Part shown: in pieces, positions 28,923 through 38,997 of the stretch
Layout: each line of letters opens with the position of its first letter
Position numbering within the stretch: the stretch's first letter is position 1
Translations under genes and position numbers: made by a program
Source of the DNA: Candidatus Thorarchaeota archaeon
GTDB lineage: Archaea > Asgardarchaeota > Thorarchaeia > Thorarchaeales > Thorarchaeaceae
Length of the DNA: 64,000 nucleotides
Reading direction: 5' to 3'
NCBI GenBank assembly: GCA_018335335.1
Contig: JAGXKG010000002.1
Coordinates: forward strand, 87,239-151,238
The notes under the pieces: generated by a model
The model's input: only the letters and a program-made list of their open reading frames with translations
Told to the model about the DNA's origin: nothing
The model's database searches: none

Positions 28923-29659
28923 ACATCAAAAATGTCTCATTCAGCTACAATGAATTTACTATGCGCGAAATTAGTCTACAGCTCAAGAGAGGGGAACTTA
29001 GAGCAATAGCAGGGTTGAATGGTTCCGGCAAGACGACTCTATTTCGACTGATAGTTGGGCTCTTATTCCCTGATTCGGGCAGTATAACGGTCATGGGCAG
29101 AACAGTCACACAAGAAAATCTGTGGAGAGTTAGGCAGGAGATTGGTTTTCTCTTTCAGAACCCGGAGAACCAGCTATTCGCGCCAACTGTCTGGGAAGAT
29201 ATTGCCTTTGGCCCCAAGAATCAGGGATTAACACATGAGCAAATAGTAGAGCGAGTTGAAAGCGCACTGGATTTGGTAGATATGGTGGGATATAGTGAAC
29301 GTTCAATCCATGAATTAAGTCATGGTCAGGCAAAACGCGTAGCTCTAGCCGGCATTCTTGCTATGAAGCCAAGAATACTGCTTCTAGATGAACCATTTAG
29401 CGGACTTGACAATCCAATGGTTGTTCAACTTGTGAAACTCGTACATGATTTGCGCAAACAATGCATCAGTGTCATGTATACGACCCATAATCAGTTCTAC
29501 TTCGAGAATTGGGCCGATTCCTTGACCATTCTGCATGAGGGAAATGTCATATTTGATGGGGAACCTGAGACTGCTTTGACATCCGAAGAGGTACTTGATA
29601 CGATCGGAGATTGGGAGTCCTTAAGCCAAACCTTGCGGAACGCTTCAAAGCATCTCTGA
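28907..29659 (+). CDS. cbiO: ECF transporter ATPase CbiO
   Basis: Walker A GLNGSGKTT, ABC signature LSHGQ, Walker B LLLDEP. Confidence 0.85.
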   Translation: MDNAIDIKNVSFSYNEFTMREISLQLKRGELRAIAGLNGSGKTTLFRLIVGLLFPDSGSITVMGRTVTQENLWRVRQEIGFLFQNPENQLFAPTVWEDIAFGPKNQGLTHEQIVERVESALDLVDMVGYSERSIHELSHGQAKRVALAGILAMKPRILLLDEPFSGLDNPMVVQLVKLVHDLRKQCISVMYTTHNQFYFENWADSLTILHEGNVIFDGEPETALTSEEVLDTIGDWESLSQTLRNASKHL

Positions 29660-29764
29660 TTCAATCCTTTTTCGTTATGCATCACCCAAAACCTGCAAAT
29701 ACCCTCTTTTACTTTAACAATAGTTAATATTTTAAGTGTTAAAACCTTAGTAAACATATCAATA

Positions 29765-30271
29765 TTGGAAGTGAATGATTTGCTATTACGTGAACGTAAC
29801 GTTTGTCTGACCGAGGGAGAGCAAGCACCAGATTTCTGTTTGCTGGATCAACACGGTGAAGAGGTTGAGTTGTCCGAATTCAGAGGAAAGAAGAATGTCC
29901 TTCTTGTCCTTCACCCGGGAGAGCTCAATGAAGCCTGTACAGAGTACATAAGATTCTACAAGAACCATCTTGAGGATTTTGAGCATTTGGATACCCAAGT
30001 CCTAGCTATCAACATGGATTCGGTGGAGAGTAACAGGGAGTGGATTGAGGAAATTGGTGGGCTTGGTTTTTCACTTCTCTCTGATTACGTTCCACTAGGT
30101 GACATCACCCTGAAATACGATTGCTTCGTACCAGAGAAAGGCTATGGAAAGCGTGTTATTTTCTTGGTTGATAAAGAGGGTGTATTGAGACACATAGAGG
30201 TCCTAAGTGGGAAGAAGGGTGTTTGCCCTGATTTGAGCTCGCTACTTAACGCGATTCGGAAGATACAGTGA
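29765..30271 (+). CDS. Thioredoxin-fold peroxiredoxin-like protein (Bcp/AhpC-TSA family)
   Basis: The motif APDFCLLDQHGEEVELSEFRGKK...LHPGELNEACTEY matches the Bcp pattern. Confidence 0.55.
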   Translation: MEVNDLLLRERNVCLTEGEQAPDFCLLDQHGEEVELSEFRGKKNVLLVLHPGELNEACTEYIRFYKNHLEDFEHLDTQVLAINMDSVESNREWIEEIGGLGFSLLSDYVPLGDITLKYDCFVPEKGYGKRVIFLVDKEGVLRHIEVLSGKKGVCPDLSSLLNAIRKIQ

Positions 30272-30334
30272 TTTTGAATCGGTCTGTTTCGAGCTCTTCT
30301 CTGGCTTGCTTGCGATACGATACCAGTGTGACAC

Positions 30335-31105
30335 TTACTCTCTCCGCTTATTGATTTCATGAAATTGCTTGCTTATCACGAAGAAAATCAGGCTAGTGAG
30401 TATGAGTGCCAGTACACTCGCAGCAGGGGGTATCGGGAAGGACTGGACGCCCATACCAAGTCTGACAAGCACGAGTGTATGAGTTAGGGGAGATATGAGG
30501 GATAGAATCTGACCTGCAATAGGTAGACTCTCAATGGGGATGAATATGCCGCTTATGAACAGTAACGGAATGCGAATGAAGTTCATTGGCATCATGATGT
30601 TTCCCACATTCTCTGTTGGCACACTGGCAAACATTATTCCCATGGCTGCAAATGTTACACAAGAAAGGAGAATTCCCGTCGAGAATAGAAGAATGTCTGC
30701 AATCTGCAGCGAGAAAAACAGGAATCCAATTGCTAGCGGAACGATTGAAACCATTAGCCCAAAGGCAATGCCAGCCAGTGATTTACCAATGATAACCGAC
30801 AGCAAGGACATCGGTGCTGAGAGATAACGATCGAATGTTTTCATCCGACGTTCTAACGGGATGACAACTGGGCCAACAGTGGAGGAGGCCCAGAAGACGG
30901 TTTGCGAAAACAGCACTGGCAGCATTTGTGTGATATTAAGATTGCGTCCAACCGTGAAAGTGAAGAATAAAGCAAAAGGAAACATCACGCCAAACATCAG
31001 TGTTGGTGGCGAAAGATAATAGACCCGTATGTCTTTCCATCCTATTGCCCATGCTCGCGAAGCTTCTTTTCTAATACGATTTAGTAACCCATCTCTGTCT
31101 TCCAT
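30335..31105 (-). CDS. ABC-2 type transporter permease
   Basis: Six TM helices, ABC-2 family layout; lies next to the ATPase gene. Confidence 0.65.
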   Translation of the reverse strand: MEDRDGLLNRIRKEASRAWAIGWKDIRVYYLSPPTLMFGVMFPFALFFTFTVGRNLNITQMLPVLFSQTVFWASSTVGPVVIPLERRMKTFDRYLSAPMSLLSVIIGKSLAGIAFGLMVSIVPLAIGFLFFSLQIADILLFSTGILLSCVTFAAMGIMFASVPTENVGNIMMPMNFIRIPLLFISGIFIPIESLPIAGQILSLISPLTHTLVLVRLGMGVQSFPIPPAASVLALILTSLIFFVISKQFHEINKRRE

Positions 31106-31108
31106 TAA

Positions 31109-32143
31109 TCATCTCCTCCTTTTGGGTGGTCCTCTTCCACGACCCTTTCCTTTGCCTTCTTCTTGTCTTTTCACAATTTTTTCTCCTGTAAGCTCAAGAA
31201 AGACATCTTCAAGGGTGGGACTTAGGGTGTTTACGCTTATCAACTTCAGATGCCTTTCTTTCGCAAATGAGAAAGCTTCGGAGAGTGTTGCAGAAGGTTC
31301 TGTCGTGTACAATCTTATCTTATCTCCCCGTTTCTCAGCTTCACGTACACTACTCAAGTGACTCAGATTTTCAACTAGGTTGGGACTATGGTCTTCAAAG
31401 GCAACCTCCACAGAATGCATTTTCTGCATAGCCTGTTTCAGCTTCTCGGGAGTACCAATAGTTCCGATTCGCCCTCGATTTATAATGGCTATCTCTGTAC
31501 ACAACTCGTTTGCTTCTGCCATGTTATGAGTGGTTAGGAAAATGGTCTTTCCCTGCTCATTGAGCTCTCGAATGAGATCTCGAATCGTTCTCACGCTCTG
31601 AACATCCAATGCTGTAGTTGGCTCGTCCAAGAAGAGGACGTTAGCATTGTTGATGAGCGCCATTGCAATAGTTAGCCGACGTCGCATACCGCCCGAAAAT
31701 TCCCGTACGTTTTCTTCTCTGACCTGTGCCAGGCCGAACATATCGAGCAATTCGTGTGCCCTTTCTTCTCGCTCATCCCGATGAAGGCCGTAGAGTTTGG
31801 CTGTGAAAATGAGGTTCTCCCATGCTGAAAGGTCATTGTATACATTCGAGATGTCTGTTACAACGCCCATCTGTTCCTTGGCACGGAACGATTCTTTCTG
31901 GATGTCATAGCCCATTATCCGAGCCGTTCCCGCGGTTGGTGTTGATATCCCTGTAAGCATACGCGTAGTTGTTGTCTTTCCTGCCCCATTCGGCCCTAGG
32001 AAACCGAATATAGCTCCCTTCTCCACTTCAAAGCTGATTCCATCGACCGCTGTAAAGTCATCGAATTGCTTTGTTAGATTCTCTACTTCAATAGCATTCA
32101 CCATTATTCTGTGACCTCGGGAGCTGTTTTCTGAATGAATCAA
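31109..32143 (-). CDS. ABC transporter ATP-binding protein with a basic C-terminal tail
   Basis: Walker A GPNGAGKTT, signature LSGGMRRRL, Walker B LFLDEP. Confidence 0.85.
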   Translation of the reverse strand: MIHSENSSRGHRIMVNAIEVENLTKQFDDFTAVDGISFEVEKGAIFGFLGPNGAGKTTTTRMLTGISTPTAGTARIMGYDIQKESFRAKEQMGVVTDISNVYNDLSAWENLIFTAKLYGLHRDEREERAHELLDMFGLAQVREENVREFSGGMRRRLTIAMALINNANVLFLDEPTTALDVQSVRTIRDLIRELNEQGKTIFLTTHNMAEANELCTEIAIINRGRIGTIGTPEKLKQAMQKMHSVEVAFEDHSPNLVENLSHLSSVREAEKRGDKIRLYTTEPSATLSEAFSFAKERHLKLISVNTLSPTLEDVFLELTGEKIVKRQEEGKGKGRGRGPPKRRR

Positions 32144-32286
32144 TACTCATTCTTCAATGTAGCGATAGTGTATAACCTGCAAGCTTTCGCCAAAGAATCG
32201 GTGTTTCTACTCGCCGCTAAAAAATCTAAAAGACTTAAATTCAGATGGATGACGAAGAAACCTTCAGTTCTCTTTTGGATTCATGA

Positions 32287-32610
32287 TCTAGTGGTTCACT
32301 GAGTATTGACGTGACCGACTTGGAAAACGGTACATACTACTTCCGTGTTCGTGCAGTCGACAGCTTCGGCGTCTCTGGAGCATGGAGCAACGTGGAAAAC
32401 ATCACGGTGTCAATCCCGAGCACCACAACAACAACGACTACCACCGAAACAACTACAGAGACTACTACAACTACAACGACCACCGCACCAACAACTGGTA
32501 CTGGGCCTTTTGGACTCCCTGAGACAATCTTTGGCATCGATACATGGCTCGTTTTGGCCGCTGCAGGCATCGTCGTGGTCCTGTTACTCGTAGTACTAGT
32601 CGAACGATGA
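32287..32610 (+). pseudogene. 5'-truncated remnant of a surface protein: last FnIII strands, poly-Thr linker, PGF-CTERM-like archaeosortase anchor
   Basis: The open frame starts right after a stop with no credible start. GTYYFRVRAVDSFGVSGAWS is an FnIII F-G strand pattern. It is followed by a TTTTTTTETTTETTTTTTTT linker, then GPFGLPE plus a TM helix plus basic ER. Confidence 0.45.
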
Positions 32611-32775
32611 TAGCTTAGAACGTGAGGCGCCGTCCACCCAGCGCTTCCCCCCTTCTTCTTTTTCACTCTTAGACATCAACAACTGCAGTGCTATCTCAAC
32701 AGTACCTTCGATTATCGAAAAACGTAAAAAGAAGAGCGTCTCTCCAAGGCTAGACAACCATTCTTGGTGCAACAT

Positions 32776-32893
32776 GCGGAGGTTGCCAAGCCCGGTTAAC
32801 GGCGCTAGACTCAGACTCTAGACCGCTGGAACATTTTTCCAGTGGGGAAAATCTCGTAGGAGTTCGCGAGTTCAAATCTCGCCCTCCGCACCA
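32776..32893 (+). tRNA. tRNA-Leu (CAG) with encoded CCA and a 30-nt insertion (putative non-canonical intron) between the anticodon stem and the variable arm
   Basis: Acceptor GCGGAGG/CCTCCGC, discriminator A, CCA. Anticodon arm CTAGA-CTCAGAC-TCTAG. Class II variable arm TCTCGTAGGAGTTC. T-arm GCGAG-TTCAAAT-CTCGC. The extra segment 32822-32851 forms the hairpin CTGGAA...TTCCAG. Length without it is 88 nt, typical for tRNA-Leu plus CCA. Confidence 0.75.
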
Positions 32894-32895
32894 TT

Positions 32896-33324
32896 TTATT
32901 CAAGAATAAGCAGGCTTTCGTAACTTTTGATTCCATCCATCTTCTGAAGGCTATTTTCTAGGAAATCAGTGAGTGATTTCATGTTTCTGGCCCGCACTAA
33001 ACAAAGCACATTCACAGAACCACTAGTTCGATATGTATCATGTACATTCTCGTGTCCCTCAAGTTCTGATAGAACTGAGTCTACTTTCTTTGGTGTCGCC
33101 CGAACAAGTATCATCATCTGGATATCAAAGCCCATCTTGCGATGGTCAACCGAAACGGTGTATTTCTTGATGATGCCTTCTTGTTCTAGCTTCAGCATCC
33201 TATTGCGGATCGAACTGGCACTAAGATTGACACCCTCCTTATCTGCCATATCTCTTAAAGAGCTACGCGCGTTGTTCTTGAGAATCTCAATGATTCTTTC
33301 ATCTGTAGAGTCCAAATCGTGCAT
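32896..33324 (-). CDS. Lrp/AsnC-family transcriptional regulator
   Basis: N-terminal HTH (DERIIEILKNNARSSLRDMADKEGVNLSASSIRNRMLKL) and a C-terminal RAM domain. Start taken at MHDLDS. Confidence 0.8.
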   Translation of the reverse strand: MHDLDSTDERIIEILKNNARSSLRDMADKEGVNLSASSIRNRMLKLEQEGIIKKYTVSVDHRKMGFDIQMMILVRATPKKVDSVLSELEGHENVHDTYRTSGSVNVLCLVRARNMKSLTDFLENSLQKMDGIKSYESLLILE

Positions 33325-33606
33325 GAGACAGAATGGCACCTGCCTTGTATCTGATTAAGTACCGGTAGAACATGCATCTGATAAATGAATATCGACTGAA
33401 CACCCGTTTACAGATACGTTACACAGAAGAGATACCTATCTACTTCGCGGCGAAGGTTGATTCAATCCATTGTGACTCCTTACGAGTCAAAGGAACTACT
33501 GCATTAATCTTTGAAGCCAAATATGGGCCGAGTAGTTTAGATTCGTATCGAGCCCAGAACTCCCCCTCCTAGAAGGCTAGTAGACTATCTTGACAAACGA
33601 ACTTGA

Positions 33607-34008
33607 TTAACTCTTGACGCGCATGATAACTTTTGTACCCATGACATCCCAGTATTCGACCGTGCAGTTGCTCTCGATTTGAGAGGCCACCTCTTCATCA
33701 TCTGGCCGGGACACCTCATAGGTTTCATAGCTCTCCGTGTCCATGATGTTCAACCTTTCGCCTTGATCGGCGATTACTGTTGCTGTTCTTTTATCGATGA
33801 TTGGCACTTCTGCCATCCGGTCTGCCGGCATAACCACATTTCGCTTCCTATTATCGAAGAAACCCACGGCCATTATATTCGCCTTTGCGGAACCATGTTT
33901 TCCTGGCTTTGACTTATCAATAGAGACAATTCTGCATGGCTCTTCGTCTATCAGCATGTATGACCCTTCTTTCAATGACTTGACTTCAGTACGTTTTATT
34001 GACAACAT
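33607..34008 (-). CDS. Translation initiation factor 5A (aIF5A)
   Basis: Hypusination loop SKPGKHGSAKA, with an N-terminal SH3-like domain and a C-terminal OB fold. Confidence 0.85.
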   Translation of the reverse strand: MLSIKRTEVKSLKEGSYMLIDEEPCRIVSIDKSKPGKHGSAKANIMAVGFFDNRKRNVVMPADRMAEVPIIDKRTATVIADQGERLNIMDTESYETYEVSRPDDEEVASQIESNCTVEYWDVMGTKVIMRVKS

Positions 34009-34153
34009 AATTCACTCCTGTGAAATCTTGCAGACCGTTTCTTATCTGGAGTGGACAATTGCATTCAAATAACTTTTGGCTTTGCAATATCATCGACTAA
34101 CAATAAGAATAAAGAGGCGAGCATGCCATCGACCACGACGGGAAGGAGCGAAA

Positions 34154-35023
34154 GTGATAGAGCGAAATCCCCAGATAACGAGTGACCAACCAGCTGTGGG
34201 AATAGTTTGCAAACCTGGTCGCCCTGATACACGGAAAATTGCAGAACGGATTGCCGACTTTCTGATATCACAAGATGTTGCCCTACAAGTGGATGAAGGG
34301 TCGTGTGTTGGGATACATTCTGTTGCGGAGGAGCGCCCAATCTCTGGATTTGAAGCGGATTTTGTTATCACGATTGGTGGTGATGGTACCATCCTCTATA
34401 CACTTTCCAAGCTTAAGGATCGCGAAACTCCTTTATTCTGCGTGAATCGTGGGAATGTTGGTTTCCTAACAGAAAGCAGCACAACCACAGCTGTGAGTTC
34501 TTTGAAGAAAATACTGCATAATGATTGCATTATTGACAAGAATATCAATCTAATTTCCGGTGTTGGTGAAAGGGAGTTCGGATATGCCCTGAACGAGGTC
34601 TATGTTGCTTCATCTATACCGGGAAGACTGCTCACTTTTCAAGTGTACGTAGATGGCGTACGAATAGATTATGGACGAGCTGACGGGGCCATGCTATCTA
34701 CGCCTGTAGGCTCAACAGCTTACGCACTTGCTGCAGGAGGCTCTATCGTAGCTCCTGATGTGGACGGCTTGATATTTGTTCCAGTCTGCCCCCCTCGTTT
34801 TGAACTGAAATCAATTGTTGTGTCTGATGATAGTACGGTTGAGCTGGAACTGGTGAAATCCGGGGCCCATGGGCTTGCCATAATTGACGGCCAGAGAAGG
34901 CTGGATGTCAAACCTGGAGAAGCAGTATGGATTAAGAAGTCAGACGTGATTACCCGCTTCATACGCATGTCTGATAACTACTATGACCGCCTCAATACCA
35001 GAATCGTACCCCGAACGTTATAG
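34154..35023 (+). CDS. nadK: NAD(+) kinase
   Basis: GGDGT motif (TIGGDGTILYT), NEV motif, conserved C-terminal DGQ. GTG at 34154 is preferred over the TTG at 34076, which adds an Arg-rich extension; the start is uncertain. Confidence 0.8.
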   Translation: MIERNPQITSDQPAVGIVCKPGRPDTRKIAERIADFLISQDVALQVDEGSCVGIHSVAEERPISGFEADFVITIGGDGTILYTLSKLKDRETPLFCVNRGNVGFLTESSTTTAVSSLKKILHNDCIIDKNINLISGVGEREFGYALNEVYVASSIPGRLLTFQVYVDGVRIDYGRADGAMLSTPVGSTAYALAAGGSIVAPDVDGLIFVPVCPPRFELKSIVVSDDSTVELELVKSGAHGLAIIDGQRRLDVKPGEAVWIKKSDVITRFIRMSDNYYDRLNTRIVPRTL

Positions 35024-35029
35024 CTTCAG

Positions 35030-35548
35030 GTGCATATGATGGATGGGCTTTTTGTACTCGATACTGGGGCGTTACTGGGTACTTGGACGGAAGCACGACA
35101 AGATGCACAGTTCCTTACAACTCATAGTGTGATTGAGGAGCTACATAATCGCCCAAGTAGAACAAGAGCTCAGAGGCTGATAGATATCGACAGATTATCT
35201 ATTCAGGACCCTCTACCTGAGTATCTGAAGAAAGCACGAACAGCCGCTTGTAAAACTGGTGATCTTACTGTCTTATCAGACGCGGACGTGGAGTTACTTG
35301 CCCTAGGAATTTGGAAAGATGACCAAGGGTCAGATGTTAGCATTGTATCAAGCGATTTTGCTCTTCTCAATACTGCGAAATCGATTGGTTTGTCTGTAGA
35401 AGAAATCGGAAAGCGGATGACCCATCAAATCAAATGGATGCTTCACTGTCCTGGATGTGGACACCAGAGCTCCTTATCCGCATCACGACAATGTCCGGTG
35501 TGTGGTACGGAGATGAAACGGATACCAAGAGACAGAGAGCGGATATAG
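35030..35548 (+). CDS. Nob1-like PIN-domain endonuclease with a C-terminal zinc ribbon
   Basis: PIN acidic residues (LDTGAL..., SDAD) plus CPGCG...CPVCG. Confidence 0.65.
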   Translation: MHMMDGLFVLDTGALLGTWTEARQDAQFLTTHSVIEELHNRPSRTRAQRLIDIDRLSIQDPLPEYLKKARTAACKTGDLTVLSDADVELLALGIWKDDQGSDVSIVSSDFALLNTAKSIGLSVEEIGKRMTHQIKWMLHCPGCGHQSSLSASRQCPVCGTEMKRIPRDRERI

Positions 35549-35611
35549 TATCTCATAGGCTACTGATGTTCTGTTTGTGCTGTTAGCAATCTGCTAAACC
35601 TCTCACGGTTC

Positions 35612-36130
35612 CTAAAAATCACCTTCCTCTGATTTTGGCTTCTGAACACCTGTTGCAATGGATGAAAACTCGATCAGCTTCCATTGTCCATTTTTGTTCT
35701 TTGCAAGCTGGGTTGGCGTGTCGAAATCCTTGCCTGCAGAATCGATGAAGATTTTCTTCTTGTTATCAGCTAGATTCTGCCTTCTCACTACAGTCATCGT
35801 GAGATGGTTCTCATCATATACATAGTTATTGTCGGGCGAACCCCCAACATAAGATTTCGCGATGTTTGGATTCTTTTGAATTTGGCCCAGCATGTACTTG
35901 GCTGACCTCCCCAGTTTCAGGCCTGAGGGTGACGAGGAGTCATCATAGCACTCATTTTTGCTGACGATCAAGCTCATCATCGCATCGGCTAGTTTGGGAT
36001 TCTCTTCAGCTAGCAGGGCAGCATTTAGATAGTGTAGAATGGTTTGTTCTGGTTTTGCTGCGTTTTTCTCCCAAGAAGCTTTGAATTTCTCATAATTGCG
36101 GATTAGCGGCATGGCGATTTTATCTGACAT
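35612..36130 (-). CDS. Hypothetical protein
   Basis: ORF with coding-like composition only. Confidence 0.35.
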   Translation of the reverse strand: MSDKIAMPLIRNYEKFKASWEKNAAKPEQTILHYLNAALLAEENPKLADAMMSLIVSKNECYDDSSSPSGLKLGRSAKYMLGQIQKNPNIAKSYVGGSPDNNYVYDENHLTMTVVRRQNLADNKKKIFIDSAGKDFDTPTQLAKNKNGQWKLIEFSSIATGVQKPKSEEGDF

Positions 36131-36547
36131 CTACAAAGACACCCAGATGTGTTCTACTTTAATGATAAAAAGTCATTCGCTGTTTTTCTACTTGCTTTAT
36201 CCTATGTCTGCCCTGTATTACTCACTTTTCTATTCTCTTCTACCATGATTATTTCGACGCACTCGGGGTAGTGAATCATGAAAGATAGAGAGCGATTCTT
36301 GATAAGCCGAGACTTGGAAAACGTAAAGGCTCAAGTCAAGAAGGAATTGGATAACGTGCGTGAACTCATGGCAAGCACCGAGTATCGCAATAGCCCTGTT
36401 GGATGGAATGCACCTTTCCAGCTTCATCGATTACGCAGATCCCTTCGTATGAAGTATTTGGCAGCCAAGATTTTGGACTCAGCAGATGAAACACATGATT
36501 TGCGGGAATTGAAATGGGATTCACCAAGCGATGCTGCACTACCATGA

Positions 36548-36979
36548 TCATTCACCAATGAGCATTATCTCAAGAGTTCTGTTTCTGGCCTTGTTGTCAA
36601 AGTCAACAAAGGCTATTTGCTGCCAAGTCCCCAAAGTCAGCTTCTTGTTCACGAATGGTATAGTTAGCGATGGACCAACTGTCGAGGCTCTACAGTGGCT
36701 ATGTCCATTACCATCATGCCATCGTAAATGATGTTTGTATTCTTCATCCTTGGGAGCAATCCGTTCCATTGTGGCAGGGAAGTCTTCCAGTAAACCCTCC
36801 TCGTACTCAATCGTTATGACAGAGCCGGTTGATCCCGGGCAGAAAACTGTACATATCCCATTCTGAAGTTCGCTGGATTCTACCTTCTTGCTCACTGCAT
36901 TTGTGATGTCAATCATATCACAGTGTCCTTCTGTCGAAACCGAGATTGTTTCATGCTGTGTTGCCAAGATATTCACCAA
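36548..36979 (-). CDS. YjbQ/UPF0047-family protein (secondary thiamine-phosphate synthase-like)
   Basis: Conserved TGSVITIEYEEG and HLRWHDGNGHSHCRA regions. Confidence 0.7.
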   Translation of the reverse strand: MVNILATQHETISVSTEGHCDMIDITNAVSKKVESSELQNGICTVFCPGSTGSVITIEYEEGLLEDFPATMERIAPKDEEYKHHLRWHDGNGHSHCRASTVGPSLTIPFVNKKLTLGTWQQIAFVDFDNKARNRTLEIMLIGE

Positions 36980-37008
36980 GATTAATTTCGCAATGTAGGC
37001 CTAACGAA

Positions 37009-38874
37009 CTACGCGATTCTGCCATATTTCTTCACGGGTGTCCTATGTCCTATCCTGTCCCCCGGAAGACTATCTAACAACCGTCGTATTCGCTCAGATT
37101 TATCCATCAAATCATCCTCATTCTCTTGAAATGCCATGAGCGCAGTTGTGAAGTTCTTCTCTTTCAGTGCCTTCAGCACAGGAATCAGAGCAGTAATCTC
37201 ATCTTTGTTTTCAGCTCGTGCAATTTCCTCCAGTGCTTGTACTGTCTTTTCGATATCCTCTTCCCTTTCGGAAAAATGAAGGAAAAGCCCCTCGAAGACA
37301 CTAAAGAGATCCTCGAATGCGTCAGCCTTCTCACCGATGCGGTTGAAAGTTGAAGAAGATTCCTGTAATAATTGAATCCCTTGTTCAATTGTTTCCGAAT
37401 TTCCGGAACGAAGTGCTTCTCTACCCGCAGTCCTGTTCCAAATGGCGCTGAGCTCAGAAACGCCCAGTTCTTCATACATATTTGCTGCTTCTTTTGCTTT
37501 TTCACTGGCCTTCACATGGAATGAAGAGGCATCTTTTTCAGATTCAAGTCTATTTGAGCACTCAGCAGCCTTACTGAAATACTCCGAAGCTTCACCCGGT
37601 TGGCCCGTTTCAGATGCTGTCTCAGCAAGCTCGACATAGATTCCAAGTGCTTGAGCTAGCGTTTCCTTAGCTTTCTCTTCTTGGTTGGCTTCTCGCATTA
37701 CCTTGGCAGCTTCCTCGAATGATGTGGCTTGTCTTTCCTTCCGACCTCTTTCCTTCTCTATCTGAGCCCTTTTGAGATAGAAATCAATGACTTTCGCGTA
37801 GATTTCATTGGCCTTCTCTTCCTTCCCCCATTCCCTTAAGCACATAGCTCTATAGCGACGATATTTGTTCTCAGTTTCGTCGTCCTCTTCGAGCGCTGCG
37901 GCATCAGCAAGCTCGCCGAATAGGTTACCTGCACGCTTGTATGCCCACCTTGCTTTCATAATTCGTCCAGCTTTCCGAAAGAGCTCACCTGCTCTAACCA
38001 AAAGAGGTGCTACAACGTTAGGGGCACCAGTCATTTTTGTATATGCTTCTGCAGCTTTTGTTGCTGCCTTATTCTGACCACTTGAAAGCCGCTCAAAACC
38101 GTATGCCTCTTGGGCTGCATCATAGATATTGCCTGCCTTTTCGAATAGCTCTGCTTTTTCGTATTTCTTTCCTGCTTTCATCATCAGCGGAATAGCCTCA
38201 GCAGTCTCATCTTCGCTTTGCATGATTTGAGCTGCTTCTGCGAGAGCGTTTCCTGCTGCAAGATAATCTCCCTTAGATTCTGAGATATCTGCCCATTGGG
38301 AAGCTAACCGAATTGCCCTCTCATGGATTCTGTTCCCCAGATCTTCATCATCTACAGTGTAATAGAGACGGCCCACTTTCTTGAGAAGTTCGACTGCTTT
38401 GTCTAATTCCTTGTTATCCTCATGAATATCTGCAAGATTCTCTAGAGCGTCCGCTGCTCTTATGGTGAGTCTATCCTTCACCTCATCGTCAGCTGCGAAA
38501 TCTTTGCTTCGAAAGTAGAAATCAGCCGCTTTCTTATATTCCTCTAGTTGTTCAGCAATCATTCCTCCGTTCTCGTTCAGTGCTACGATTGATTCGTGTA
38601 TTTCGGGATCTGAGTCCTGACGAATGAATGCTAACGTAGCCTTCTCTACGAGATTAAAGCAGGCCTCCTTTTTTCCCTCCTCGCTATAGATGTTGCTAGC
38701 TTCGATATAGAGATTTTTTGCCCATTGTGGTTTTTGGCTTGATACCAGCTGGTTGGCTGCCTCTTCAAGCAATTCCGCGGCATGTATTGACTTTCCATTT
38801 CGAATTGCTTCTCTTGCTGCTTTTACTGTTTCTTCAGCTGACTTCATGGGTCCTCTCTCGTGAGGTGGATGCAA
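37009..38874 (-). CDS. TPR-repeat protein
   Basis: Repeated 34-residue A/Y/L-rich helical motifs throughout its 621 aa. Confidence 0.75.
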   Translation of the reverse strand: MHPPHERGPMKSAEETVKAAREAIRNGKSIHAAELLEEAANQLVSSQKPQWAKNLYIEASNIYSEEGKKEACFNLVEKATLAFIRQDSDPEIHESIVALNENGGMIAEQLEEYKKAADFYFRSKDFAADDEVKDRLTIRAADALENLADIHEDNKELDKAVELLKKVGRLYYTVDDEDLGNRIHERAIRLASQWADISESKGDYLAAGNALAEAAQIMQSEDETAEAIPLMMKAGKKYEKAELFEKAGNIYDAAQEAYGFERLSSGQNKAATKAAEAYTKMTGAPNVVAPLLVRAGELFRKAGRIMKARWAYKRAGNLFGELADAAALEEDDETENKYRRYRAMCLREWGKEEKANEIYAKVIDFYLKRAQIEKERGRKERQATSFEEAAKVMREANQEEKAKETLAQALGIYVELAETASETGQPGEASEYFSKAAECSNRLESEKDASSFHVKASEKAKEAANMYEELGVSELSAIWNRTAGREALRSGNSETIEQGIQLLQESSSTFNRIGEKADAFEDLFSVFEGLFLHFSEREEDIEKTVQALEEIARAENKDEITALIPVLKALKEKNFTTALMAFQENEDDLMDKSERIRRLLDSLPGDRIGHRTPVKKYGRIA

Positions 38875-38997
38875 CTTCCTTGCTGCGTTAGGTCAAGTAG
38901 TTCTCATAATACTTGTTATCGTGTGTTCTAGAGAAGATTCTTATTGTATCATGACAACCCTTTGATTGGTGTTGAGTTGGCCTTGCAAAGGATCAAC

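Noticed and set aside
32400-32500. Repetitive ACA/ACT/ACC run that looked like a tandem repeat or CRISPR-like array
   Set aside because: It is an in-frame poly-Thr/Glu linker of the truncated surface-protein fragment. There are no spacer-repeat periodicity and no cas genes. The antisense ORF 32337-32666 is an artefact of the repeat.
33372-33572. 66-aa ORF in the lrp/aIF5A intergenic region
   Set aside because: No motif and AT-rich promoter-like context; more likely a non-coding regulatory region.
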